Virus record (IMG/VR): IMGVR_UViG_3300045988_170019
Location: 1-60,535 of that record
Reading direction: 5' to 3' (one strand)
Length of the DNA: 60,535 bases
DNA from: a virus
This document shows, in pieces, positions 1 through 7,810 of the stretch. Every line of letters starts with the position of its first letter. The stretch's first letter is position 1. The notes beneath the pieces are model-generated. The model saw only the letters and a list, made by a program, of their open reading frames with translations. It did no database searches and was not told where the DNA came from. Made by a program: the position numbers and the translations under genes.

Positions 1-55
1 AAAAGAAATAGAATAAGTTTTCGTCCGTAGCCAGAGCTGTGCCCAACGCTTCACA
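1..55. repeat. Terminal overlap copy 1 (identical to 60481-60535)
   Basis: aaaagaaatagaataagttttcgtccgtagccagagctgtgcccaacgcttcaca occurs at both ends of the window. Confidence 0.95.
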
Positions 56-199
56 CAGTAGTTTGCCTCTATCATTCACGTAAACGCAATGATGACATAG
101 ACGACCACGCCTCTTGTTTCGTTTAACTACCTAATTCGGGCACCCGTTACCCGAAAAGACTGACATACTGGTTTTTGTATGCTATTTTTATTCTATTTC

Positions 200-223
200 A
201 TTATATGATATGTAATTCTCGCG
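200..223 (-). promoter_or_regulatory. Promoter-motif copy (CGCG-N14-TAWAAT) with no ORF downstream
   Basis: Minus strand reads CGCGAGAATTACATATCATATAAT, followed by GAAA. The next ~290 nt across the circular junction hold no credible ORF. Confidence 0.5.
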
Positions 224-231
224 TGCCCCTC

Positions 232-573
232 TTAAAACTTTCCAAAGAATTCTTCCAAATCGAACCATTTCTCCTCGATAATATTACCGATCTTGGTTAC
301 CGTAGAACCAAAGCCGTTATCCTCGAAGCGAATATACTTTCCAGGAAGGTCCTCCCACTTATCCACACCGACTACCTCCAAAATCTTAGATATCGCTTCC
401 ATGGACTCAGCTCGGAACACTCTTGTCTGAGTAGCAGAATTGAATTCATCAAGCCAACATCCTCCGATGCCACAATCGAAACCGTCTGCACTAATATAAA
501 TCATGAATGTCATAATTCCATGATTTTCTCGTCCAAGCATTGTGGAACGGATTTTTGCATTTTTAATTTTCAT
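232..573 (-). CDS. hypothetical protein (113 aa)
   Basis: Track ORF with a GGGAG SD 5 nt upstream of the ATG. The overlapping plus-strand ORF 175..615 has no SD. Confidence 0.6.
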   Translation of the reverse strand: MKIKNAKIRSTMLGRENHGIMTFMIYISADGFDCGIGGCWLDEFNSATQTRVFRAESMEAISKILEVVGVDKWEDLPGKYIRFEDNGFGSTVTKIGNIIEEKWFDLEEFFGKF

Positions 574-721
574 GGTTTCTCCCTTCTATCGCAGCAAATT
601 CCATATAATAATTAACACCATTGGTCGACCCGACAAGCCTCATCTCAGTCGCTTCTTTAGAAATACATCGATGTCTTTCATCGGTTGTATGAGAGCATTC
701 AGGAAATGAGCATATACTTCT

Positions 722-1456
722 TCAGACATCTGCTTTTTCCTCCTTTCCCGTAATCAGCTCACTGTACGGCAGGCTCTCAATCCAGTCGCAGAAACTATTC
801 CATTCATCAAGTTTATGCCCTTTACGAGATTTATAGATATTCGCCAGAACCTCGTAGTTCAGCATGACGGTGCGTCGCTGGTTGTAAGAGCTCGGCAGGA
901 GCTGGATCATCTGCCACCAATAATCCTTTTTTACACCGATTTTTACAGCTTCAGGATTCAAATAGTCCTCTCGATACTTATTTAATAGATCAATAATTTC
1001 TTTAAGAACATTCAAAGATGTATGGTTCATATGCTCACAACTAAAATCCTCCAGCGTGAATTCCTTATCCGCAATCTTATGCATAGTCGAGCAAGAGTTC
1101 GCAACAGTTCCAACCTTGTAGGTATCGAACTCCTTCCACCAATATAGTGGAGCCGTAATGTCAAGGTACACAGTAATCATCCGCATGAACTTACGATGGT
1201 CTGTACCGGCTTTACTAAGACGAGTCATGAGATCGAGGTCATTCGGACCAACCAGAAAATAATTTGGCGAATTGCACAGCTTATATACCTCACAATTGTC
1301 ACAATTATTGAGTAAGTAAGACGTACATGTATCACATCTGCTGGCAAGAATTGGTCTATAGTTACTATCGCTATTCTCCCAAGAGTTCATCGGATTGCGC
1401 ATGCCTCTAATAGCAGCATCCCAGCCCATAACTTCGGTGTTTTCAATTTTAATCAT
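722..1456 (-). CDS. ThyX (Thy1)-like protein, divergent, with Cys-rich insert
   Basis: The segment LSKAGTDHRKFMRMITVYLDITAPLYWWKEFDTYKVGTVANSCSTMH parallels the ThyX core (H..F.h..f.i.g.SR....q..RHR....qqSqRY), but RHR is replaced by TYK. There is an extra CDTC..CDNC..C cluster. Confidence 0.4.
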   Translation of the reverse strand: MIKIENTEVMGWDAAIRGMRNPMNSWENSDSNYRPILASRCDTCTSYLLNNCDNCEVYKLCNSPNYFLVGPNDLDLMTRLSKAGTDHRKFMRMITVYLDITAPLYWWKEFDTYKVGTVANSCSTMHKIADKEFTLEDFSCEHMNHTSLNVLKEIIDLLNKYREDYLNPEAVKIGVKKDYWWQMIQLLPSSYNQRRTVMLNYEVLANIYKSRKGHKLDEWNSFCDWIESLPYSELITGKEEKADV

Positions 1457-1468
1457 TGCTTTTCTCCT

Positions 1469-1714
1469 TTACTTAGTTGTCAGAACTACACGAGTCGTAT
1501 CAGTGAAATATGTAACACCGTCGATTACAACTTGGATTTGATCTCCGTCGTCATAATCCTTCCAAGATGAAACCTTACCTTCAACACATTTGCCGTTAGG
1601 AAGTTCCACATAGGCATAAGTGTATTTGTATGTAGTGTCGATGATTTGCTTGTTGCATCCGGTCATGATAAATGTCATACCAATTACAAGGATAATAGCC
1701 GTGAGTTTTTTCAT
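1469..1714 (-). CDS. lipoprotein (81 aa)
   Basis: N-terminal signal peptide MKKLTAIILVIGMTFIMTGC with a lipobox Cys. Confidence 0.6.
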   Translation of the reverse strand: MKKLTAIILVIGMTFIMTGCNKQIIDTTYKYTYAYVELPNGKCVEGKVSSWKDYDDGDQIQVVIDGVTYFTDTTRVVLTTK

Positions 1715-1727
1715 ACAATTTCTCCTT

Positions 1728-2144
1728 TTATTTTGATGCAGAATCTTCTTTATTCGAATATTCGATTAAGTCAATATATTGGTAGTCACCAGATACGGCC
1801 CATTGCAACCACGGATCATAAACCATTACTTTACCCATTAACACATCTTCGTTAAAAGAAATGATTTGCTCATATAACAGTTCTGTTGCTACCTGATCTG
1901 AATAATTTAAATTTTCTAGCTGATAAACTAATGCGCTTCTCTTAGCTTGATATTTTTCTAAAACCGTTCCGGACAAGAAATAAGTAACCAGTATTGTGCC
2001 TCCGACAAATGCCATTGAAATAAAGAAAAATAGAAAAAGAACAGTGGTAATAACGAAAACCACATCACCGGCGTAATCCCCTGCAATTTTTGCCAATAAT
2101 AAAAAACCAATACACAAAAATGCTAACAACATAAACATTTTCAT
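1728..2144 (-). CDS. membrane protein (138 aa)
   Basis: Three hydrophobic helices in the N-terminal half. GGAGAAATGAG SD upstream. Confidence 0.55.
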   Translation of the reverse strand: MKMFMLLAFLCIGFLLLAKIAGDYAGDVVFVITTVLFLFFFISMAFVGGTILVTYFLSGTVLEKYQAKRSALVYQLENLNYSDQVATELLYEQIISFNEDVLMGKVMVYDPWLQWAVSGDYQYIDLIEYSNKEDSASK

Positions 2145-2147
2145 AAC

Positions 2148-2300
2148 TCATTTCTCCTTAAAATTAACAGGTTTTTGCGACTGAATATTACCGCCTTCAT
2201 TCAGGCAATCATTGCAAGGGTCTTCGCTCTCCTTTCGTTTGTGGTATTTGCATTTGGGACAATATTTTTCAAAGTCAACAATTTTATACGGGTATTCCAT
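2148..2300 (-). CDS. small zinc-ribbon-like protein (50 aa, below ORF-track cutoff)
   Basis: MEYPYKIVDFEKYCPKCKYH...CNDC. GGAAGGGTGA SD. Fills the gap between two genes on the coding strand. Confidence 0.4.
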   Translation of the reverse strand: MEYPYKIVDFEKYCPKCKYHKRKESEDPCNDCLNEGGNIQSQKPVNFKEK

Positions 2301-2305
2301 AAATA

Positions 2306-2569
2306 TCACCCTTCCTCAGATACTGCTTCATCGAAATTAAAGTGTTCATTCATGCATTTGGCCCGCCAGTATTCAGTCATTTTTCGCTGATGGTTAAGTT
2401 CATCGCCTCGTTTCAGGGCCTTTGCTTCCCAATCCCGGGCATCTCTCGTTTTAATCTCCAGGGCTTTATGCAGTTTACCATTTTCAAGAATCTTATTTCC
2501 GGCATTTAGTCCAATGGTCGTCATGGCTGCCGTAAACCCGATAACAAAACCCGTTAATACTTCAATCAT
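2306..2569 (-). CDS. membrane-anchored protein (87 aa)
   Basis: N-terminal TM helix (VLTGFVIGFTAAMTTIGL). TAATG overlap with the upstream small ORF. Confidence 0.55.
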   Translation of the reverse strand: MIEVLTGFVIGFTAAMTTIGLNAGNKILENGKLHKALEIKTRDARDWEAKALKRGDELNHQRKMTEYWRAKCMNEHFNFDEAVSEEG

Positions 2570-2736
2570 TATTTTTCCTCTTTTCTTTTATAGAAACTAC
2601 AAATATTATCATCCGAGATATAGATGTCAAGCATCCAGTAAATTGACTTTTTAAAACTGCATTTTCCAAAATGGATCAAATCAGGATAATCCTTTATTGG
2701 ATTAAAGTATTCACAATCTTTGCACGAAGCTTTCAT
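2569..2736 (-). CDS. small Cys-rich protein (55 aa, below ORF-track cutoff)
   Basis: MKASCKDCEYF...GKC...ICSF. GAGGAGAAATT SD. Stop overlaps the next start (TAATG). Confidence 0.4.
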   Translation of the reverse strand: MKASCKDCEYFNPIKDYPDLIHFGKCSFKKSIYWMLDIYISDDNICSFYKRKEEK

Positions 2737-2805
2737 AATTTCTCCTCATAAAAATAGGGTATTTATTATTTTTGGTGGGATTCCTTTACCAGATGAATAC
2801 GAATT

Positions 2806-2829
2806 TTCGTTTGTGTCGTAATATCCATC
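2806..2829 (-). repeat. 24-nt exact direct repeat, copy A (immediately 3' of gene 2832..3596)
   Basis: ttcgtttgtgtcgtaatatccatc is identical to 3611-3634. Confidence 0.9.
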
Positions 2830-2831
2830 TT

Positions 2832-3596
2832 TCAATCTACTAAGTAGCCATTTTTAGCGTATTGTTTAAACGTATCATCCAACTGCATATTGAAACGCTC
2901 GCCGATGTCAGCGTCCTTGAATTTACGGATTTTGGCGAGAGCCTTGGCGTAATTGATGTCATGTCCCTCTCCATAGTGCCACAAATCAGGATGACTTCCA
3001 CCCCAATTCATAGAACCGTTGTTGAAAGCTAAACACTCGTGCAAAGGGAAATCACGCGTATTATGCACGATATTAAAGCAGCTTAAATAATTGTTGCCAT
3101 GGGAAAAACCAGTCGATTGGCGCATCATAAAAGCACCACCGCACACTGGCACATAACATTTAACTGAGTTGTAGCTTCGTTCTCCGTCTTGATTCCAAGT
3201 TTCGATGGTAATAAGTACGCCGGAATTCAGATTCGCCCATACATCAAAGATATTGTCTTTATCAATGTCTTCTTTGTATTCATGTGCAAAACCGAGCTCC
3301 TGTAAAATACGAGTCAGTTCTTCATACGGAACAGCCTCTACTTCACCAGTTTTTTCGTTGTATTCCTCGTAGAAGTCATAAGGAACATTCTTCATCATGG
3401 CGAGAATGTAGTTTTCTCTGTTTTCAAAGGAAACCACTTTGCCATATCCTACATGAAGGCTCTTCCAATTTTTGATGATAATAACCTTCCCGTACTCATT
3501 ATAAGAAATGAGCTTACCATTCTTTTTTGACCTCCGGATACGGTAGACGTTATCTGCGCTGATTCCACTCAGGTCAATAGTATTGTTCATATTCAT
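2832..3596 (-). CDS. hypothetical protein (254 aa)
   Basis: Track ORF with a GTGAGGTAAG SD. Flanked by 24-nt direct repeats. Confidence 0.6.
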   Translation of the reverse strand: MNMNNTIDLSGISADNVYRIRRSKKNGKLISYNEYGKVIIIKNWKSLHVGYGKVVSFENRENYILAMMKNVPYDFYEEYNEKTGEVEAVPYEELTRILQELGFAHEYKEDIDKDNIFDVWANLNSGVLITIETWNQDGERSYNSVKCYVPVCGGAFMMRQSTGFSHGNNYLSCFNIVHNTRDFPLHECLAFNNGSMNWGGSHPDLWHYGEGHDINYAKALAKIRKFKDADIGERFNMQLDDTFKQYAKNGYLVD

Positions 3597-3610
3597 GATT
3601 CTTACCTCAC

Positions 3611-3634
3611 TTCGTTTGTGTCGTAATATCCATC
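3611..3634 (-). repeat. 24-nt exact direct repeat, copy B (immediately 5' of the RBS of gene 2832..3596)
   Basis: Identical to 2806-2829. Confidence 0.9.
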
Positions 3635-3700
3635 ATCAACTGGGAAAATCGACAGGCGCAACAAACATCCATATGCCTGTGATACATATAAAATTAAGTG

Positions 3701-3729
3701 ATTTTATTCAAATCACCAAATTTCGTAAA
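3701..3729 (-). promoter_or_regulatory. sigma70-like promoter for gene 2832..3596
   Basis: Minus strand reads TTTACG-17 nt-TAAAAT, directly after a terminator. About 100 nt of leader follows. Confidence 0.4.
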
Positions 3730-3733
3730 TACC

Positions 3734-3768
3734 AAAAAATAAAGACTCTATGTTTTTATAGAGCCTTT
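3734..3768 (-). terminator. intrinsic terminator (conserved hairpin family, variant loop)
   Basis: Minus strand: AAAGGCTCTAT-AAAAAC-ATAGAGTCTTT followed by ATTTTTT. Confidence 0.6.
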
Positions 3769-3775
3769 ATTAGCG

Positions 3776-4051
3776 TTAAAAGATTTTAACTCCTGAAACA
3801 GCACAATAATTTTTGAAATCTACGTAATGTGCATAGTCATCATGTTTAAGCGTGTACTCTAAATCTCGTTTTAAGTTTTTTCGATTATTAACAGCATAAA
3901 CATGCTCAACATCCGGGAATCGTCCCCTCAATGTAATCGCAGTATTTATGATATTTTTAATCGAGATATCTTCCTCATTCAAGAAATACCAGCACAAGAT
4001 TTTATAATTCTTATGCACACCAGCAAATCCATACAAATAAACCTGTTTCAT
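3776..4051 (-). CDS. hypothetical protein (91 aa)
   Basis: Track ORF with an AAAGGAGTGA SD. Preceded by the promoter motif at 4069-4092. Confidence 0.55.
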   Translation of the reverse strand: MKQVYLYGFAGVHKNYKILCWYFLNEEDISIKNIINTAITLRGRFPDVEHVYAVNNRKNLKRDLEYTLKHDDYAHYVDFKNYCAVSGVKIF

Positions 4052-4068
4052 ATAAGGTCACTCCTTTC

Positions 4069-4092
4069 ACTATAGGGTATGACTATTTCGCG
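4069..4092 (-). promoter_or_regulatory. Promoter-motif copy (CGCG-N14-TAWAAT)
   Basis: Minus strand: CGCGAAATAGTCATACCCTATAGT then GAAAGGAG. Overlaps the last codons (YAK*) of the helicase gene. Confidence 0.55.
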
Positions 4093-5312
4093 TAGGAGCG
4101 ATAATCTGTCATTTCATTAAAATCTTTCTTTTCTTTAAGGCATTTCGCAATCCTAATATCAATCGGAGAACGACTCTTTAGATGATAATAGAATAAATCT
4201 TTATAAGGAGTATTCATTCGATCTATCCTCCCCCGTGCCTGCTCTGTAATTTTGTAACTATAATTCTGACTAAAAAATATCATCGTGTCAGTTTTTGTGC
4301 AGTTCCAACCCTCGCAAGATGCATATTGGACTAGATACACCCATTTATCACCGCTGGGGATCGATTCATGCTTATGACCGTTATACTGAGCAATTATTTT
4401 ATCCCCATAATCAAGACCTAAAAGTACATTTAATTCAGGGTCAAAATTATAAAATATAATCGCTCTATCGTGTTTTTTTAAGACTTCAAGCAGCGTATCG
4501 AATCGCGATTGGTCACAGTTTACAAGTCTTCTTGTAATATAATAGAGTTCGGCCACATTAACGATAGGAGCATCCGTGTAAGGATTCCATCGATTTTTCC
4601 AAATAGTTTTGTACTTATATTTATCGTAGTCACAATAAATATCAACATGATGGCTAACGGTATTTCGTTCAAAATCCATCGGCACCAAAATGCTTCGTCG
4701 GTATCGATTTAATATTTCGGTATTAACATAATGGTCAATTTTCGGAAATTGTACTCTTCCATCATAAACGATATGCTTATTGGAAAAATCGGTTTTATTT
4801 TTATAAAATCCATTCGCGATGAATACCGGAATATAATCACTATAACTATCTCCCGGTGTTGCGCTAAGAACAATCCATTCGTTTTTTCTGGCAATTTTCA
4901 GGAATGATTTTACCCAAGCCCCATATCCGGTAACATGGTTTTCATCAAAAATAAAGAAAGCACCGTAGATATTTTGATACTTTTTAATGTTGTTCCAACT
5001 ATCGATTACTACTACATTAGAATATAAATTCGTTTCAGAATCTGTCGAAAGAAGGAAGGGCGCTAATTCTTTTTCCCATTCTAGCGTATTTCGTTTGTGC
5101 GCCGTTGTTATAATATAAAGATTTTTAATTCCAATATCATCTATCGGCATATAGTCAGTTTCTCCGGTTATACTGGAAATATCACCACCATTTTGCAGGT
5201 AGTAGTAACTTAATGCTGTAATGCTTTTGCCAGAACCAACGCCACCGCAAAGGATGCAGCCATTCTTCATTTTTGATAGAGCTTTTAATTGATAATCTCG
5301 AAGCCGTATCAT
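4083..5312 (-). CDS. SF2 (DExH/SNF2-like) DNA helicase
   Basis: DYQ..A (Q motif), GGVGSGKS (motif I), FIFDENH (motif II), LSATPG (motif III), QARGRIDR (motif VI). Confidence 0.75.
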   Translation of the reverse strand: MIRLRDYQLKALSKMKNGCILCGGVGSGKSITALSYYYLQNGGDISSITGETDYMPIDDIGIKNLYIITTAHKRNTLEWEKELAPFLLSTDSETNLYSNVVVIDSWNNIKKYQNIYGAFFIFDENHVTGYGAWVKSFLKIARKNEWIVLSATPGDSYSDYIPVFIANGFYKNKTDFSNKHIVYDGRVQFPKIDHYVNTEILNRYRRSILVPMDFERNTVSHHVDIYCDYDKYKYKTIWKNRWNPYTDAPIVNVAELYYITRRLVNCDQSRFDTLLEVLKKHDRAIIFYNFDPELNVLLGLDYGDKIIAQYNGHKHESIPSGDKWVYLVQYASCEGWNCTKTDTMIFFSQNYSYKITEQARGRIDRMNTPYKDLFYYHLKSRSPIDIRIAKCLKEKKDFNEMTDYRSYAK

Positions 5313-5674
5313 TTTGGCACCTTCCCGGTAATAAATTTATGCGTATTCACAACAGCAACATATCCTTCGTCAGGAAGCGTTGCTTTCGGACCATACCAAA
5401 TCCAAAGGGTTCCGAAAGATTCAGCAAATCCATCTTCCTTTTTGAATTTATCTAAGTATTCGGCTTCGTAATAAGAGCGGATATTCTCAAACACCGATTT
5501 AGATACTTCAACCGCTTTGCAATCAAAAAGAGTATTTTCAGCATAAACTTTCTCGCCAAACCCCAATTGTTTAGCCAGAAATTCATAGAATGCGGTGATA
5601 CCGCAAAAGCATTCATCGGATTCCATTTTTACTTTTACTTTATATTTTGGGGTTTCAAATGTAACTTTAGACAT
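5309..5674 (-). CDS. hypothetical protein (121 aa)
   Basis: Track ORF. 4-nt overlap with the helicase start. Confidence 0.55.
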   Translation of the reverse strand: MSKVTFETPKYKVKVKMESDECFCGITAFYEFLAKQLGFGEKVYAENTLFDCKAVEVSKSVFENIRSYYEAEYLDKFKKEDGFAESFGTLWIWYGPKATLPDEGYVAVVNTHKFITGKVPK

Positions 5675-5847
5675 TAATTATCATCTCCAATCAGAAATAG
5701 AGCCAATACGAATAGTGCCGCAAAAAGTAATATAAACATTTTGGGAACGAATTTAATAACCAAAACGAAGAATGCCGTCATCGCCGGTAAAACAATGCAA
5801 ATAATAAATAGTATTGCAAGAATTAAACAACCCAAGAATTTCTTCAT
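5674..5847 (-). CDS. small membrane protein (57 aa, below ORF-track cutoff)
   Basis: MKKFLGCLILAILFIICIVLPAMTAFFVLVIKFVPKMFILLFAALFVLALFLIGDDN. ATGA overlap with the upstream stop and TAATG overlap with the downstream start. Confidence 0.45.
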   Translation of the reverse strand: MKKFLGCLILAILFIICIVLPAMTAFFVLVIKFVPKMFILLFAALFVLALFLIGDDN

Positions 5848-6716
5848 ACAGGTTTCTCCTTCAGTAATTCATCTGCTTTATGGAGCATAACCCTCATGCG
5901 CCATACGTCGTTAAAAAACATCGGCATAAACCAATAATTATCCAGTTTATCTCCCGTTTTTATCGGGTCAGTAAGGCTATTTCCGATTTTTATGTAACCG
6001 GCAGCCCCAATGATTGAAAGCTGAATATACGCCATAAGTCCAGCAATCGTGTCAATATCCTGACCAACGACAAGAGTGTGATTCTGCCAGATAATGCGCT
6101 CATTTTTGAGTTCATCCGCAATATTCCAGCATTTAGCAATTAATAATGCACCCGATCCGCAGCATTCATCGCAAACGCCAACATAGCCTTTTTCATCAAT
6201 AATCTTCTTAACGTCTCCTCCAGTTAGCATTGCCATTAGCTGACAGACCGAGTAAGGCGTAAAGACTTGACCTTTAGTGTTATCTCCAAAATCCATCATC
6301 ATAAAAAGCTCTCCAAGCACATCCTGCCGTGGATTTTTCGTGATTTCGAGCCATAAAAGAGCCAAAAGGTCTGCAAATTTATTGATATCTTCTTTTTTAT
6401 ATGTTTTAATTCTGTCCATATACATCTTTTCTCGTTCTGCGTAATGAATTCCATCAACGCGATTAGATAACGAGCAAGCCGAAAGTACAATAAAGTCCTC
6501 CCAGACTTGAAAACGATGCTTATAAGGTGCCATCGAATTAAAAGTTTTTTTAAATTCTGCTTTATAGTCTTTTATTGGTTCCTTTTGTTCATAGTTCTGA
6601 TTAGTTTCTTCTTTTTTAACCGGATTTGTACGAACCGGCTTCTTATTTTCACGTTTTTCCGGCACTTCCCATTTTGCAGCAGATGCTAAAACGTCCTTTA
6701 ACGTGAATTTTTTCAT
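5844..6716 (-). CDS. HsdM/N6-adenine-methyltransferase-like protein with degenerate catalytic motif
   Basis: GQVFTPYSV (X motif), VCDECCGSGALL (motif I), VVGQDID, KIGNSL. MPMF (nt 5916-5927) sits where NPPF/Y is expected. Start moved to the ATG after AAGGAGAAAG. Confidence 0.5.
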   Translation of the reverse strand: MKKFTLKDVLASAAKWEVPEKRENKKPVRTNPVKKEETNQNYEQKEPIKDYKAEFKKTFNSMAPYKHRFQVWEDFIVLSACSLSNRVDGIHYAEREKMYMDRIKTYKKEDINKFADLLALLWLEITKNPRQDVLGELFMMMDFGDNTKGQVFTPYSVCQLMAMLTGGDVKKIIDEKGYVGVCDECCGSGALLIAKCWNIADELKNERIIWQNHTLVVGQDIDTIAGLMAYIQLSIIGAAGYIKIGNSLTDPIKTGDKLDNYWFMPMFFNDVWRMRVMLHKADELLKEKPV

Positions 6717-6826
6717 TGCTTTCTCCTTTACTAAAAGGGCTGCTGCCGTAACAACAGGCAAATCCAGGCCATTTACCGGGGTTAATCCCCCAGCACCCTT
6801 AATGTCAGACGATTATGGTAGAGTAT

Positions 6827-7369
6827 TTAGAACGGAAGTTTCGAAAGCTCAGTGCCCTGATCGTCAGATTCATAGTCGGCATATTTCTGAGAGAATCGAT
6901 TTTCTGCCAGAACGATGTACGCTTCTTTAATACGAGCCGAATAGCACATCTTTTCATCAGGCTGCCCCTCGTGCATCAGAGTAGGACGGCCAAGGATCTC
7001 AAGGTCAGCGCTAATAATGTCAGCCGTATCGAGCATTGCGAGGGATTCTGCATTCAGTTTCCGTTTCTTATTGCTTACAATTACCCAAATATCAGGCATA
7101 CTATCGTCATATACCTTAATTTTGAGCTTCAGAGTATAGTATTCCGGCTCAGTAACGTCCGGATTACGACTCATAACCGGTTTAACCAGCCAGCCTTCGC
7201 TAATCAGCTGTTCGGCAAGGTCAAAATCGTCAATGCGAATTGTACAGAAACGGCTACCCTGGGCATTAAATCGGCTCGCACGGCCACCAAAGTTACGCCA
7301 ACCACCAGGAAGAATGGTGGTGTTTTCAATGCTGATATGGCCCCAAGGCATTTTCTTTTCGTTCATCAT
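6827..7369 (-). CDS. putative single-stranded-DNA-binding protein
   Basis: Sits in the replication module. Acidic C-terminal tail ending in an aromatic residue (YADYESDDQGTELSKLPF), as in SSB and gp2.5 tails. No database check was possible. Confidence 0.35.
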   Translation of the reverse strand: MMNEKKMPWGHISIENTTILPGGWRNFGGRASRFNAQGSRFCTIRIDDFDLAEQLISEGWLVKPVMSRNPDVTEPEYYTLKLKIKVYDDSMPDIWVIVSNKKRKLNAESLAMLDTADIISADLEILGRPTLMHEGQPDEKMCYSARIKEAYIVLAENRFSQKYADYESDDQGTELSKLPF

Positions 7370-7388
7370 AATAAATATCTCCTTTAAA

Positions 7389-7733
7389 TTAATAAATTAC
7401 ATGAAACAGACTAAGTGGCATTCCTTTTCCAGATAAATCTTTTACACCAACACTGAACATAAACGGATACATCATCGGAGCAATTCGATTGGTATAATCA
7501 TTTTCTTCAATAGGACTTTTACCATAAGTCAGTTGATAGTAACGGTTTACTTTGTTCCATTTTTCATTTTCATTTGTAATAAGATCTTTAAGCTCTCCGG
7601 TATAACGAACTCCAGTTGCCTTTCGTAAATTCTTGGTTTCAAGAATAAAGAGCTTTTCAAGTTCTCGTTTTATGGTGGGATCACGAATTTTGTACAAAAG
7701 GGTTGTCGCATCAAAAATTTGTTTGGCAGTCAT
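7389..7733 (-). CDS. hypothetical protein (114 aa)
   Basis: Track ORF with an AAAGGAGAATA SD. Confidence 0.55.
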   Translation of the reverse strand: MTAKQIFDATTLLYKIRDPTIKRELEKLFILETKNLRKATGVRYTGELKDLITNENEKWNKVNRYYQLTYGKSPIEENDYTNRIAPMMYPFMFSVGVKDLSGKGMPLSLFHVIY

Positions 7734-7749
7734 CGGTATTCTCCTTTAT

Positions 7750-7780
7750 AAAAAATAAAAGACCCAGTTTTCACTGAGCC
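7750..7780 (-). terminator. hairpin plus U-run directly downstream of a promoter-motif copy
   Basis: Minus strand: GGCTCAGT-GAAA-ACTGGGTC then TTTTATTTTTT. Its first base lies about 7 nt after the -10 element at 7787-7792. Confidence 0.5.
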
Positions 7781-7786
7781 TTTTTC

Positions 7787-7810
7787 GTTATAGAATCTGA
7801 TAATTACGCG
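7787..7810 (-). promoter_or_regulatory. Promoter-motif copy (CGCG-N14-TAWAAT)
   Basis: Minus strand: CGCGTAATTATCAGATTCTATAAC then GAAAAA. Overlaps the stop of the polymerase gene. Confidence 0.45.

Noticed and set aside
1-55. 55-nt identical ends as a biological direct terminal repeat
   Set aside because: 55 nt is a typical assembler k-mer overlap for a circular contig. No packaging-related feature lies here, and the cos/pac candidate is at about 51.8-52.0 kb. I treated it as evidence of circular closure only.
6815-7387. 190-aa plus-strand ORF opposite the SSB-like gene; also 175..615(+) and 18029..18583(+)
   Set aside because: None has an SD, all are antisense to genes that have SDs and are coupled to their neighbours, and the whole genome is otherwise co-directional.
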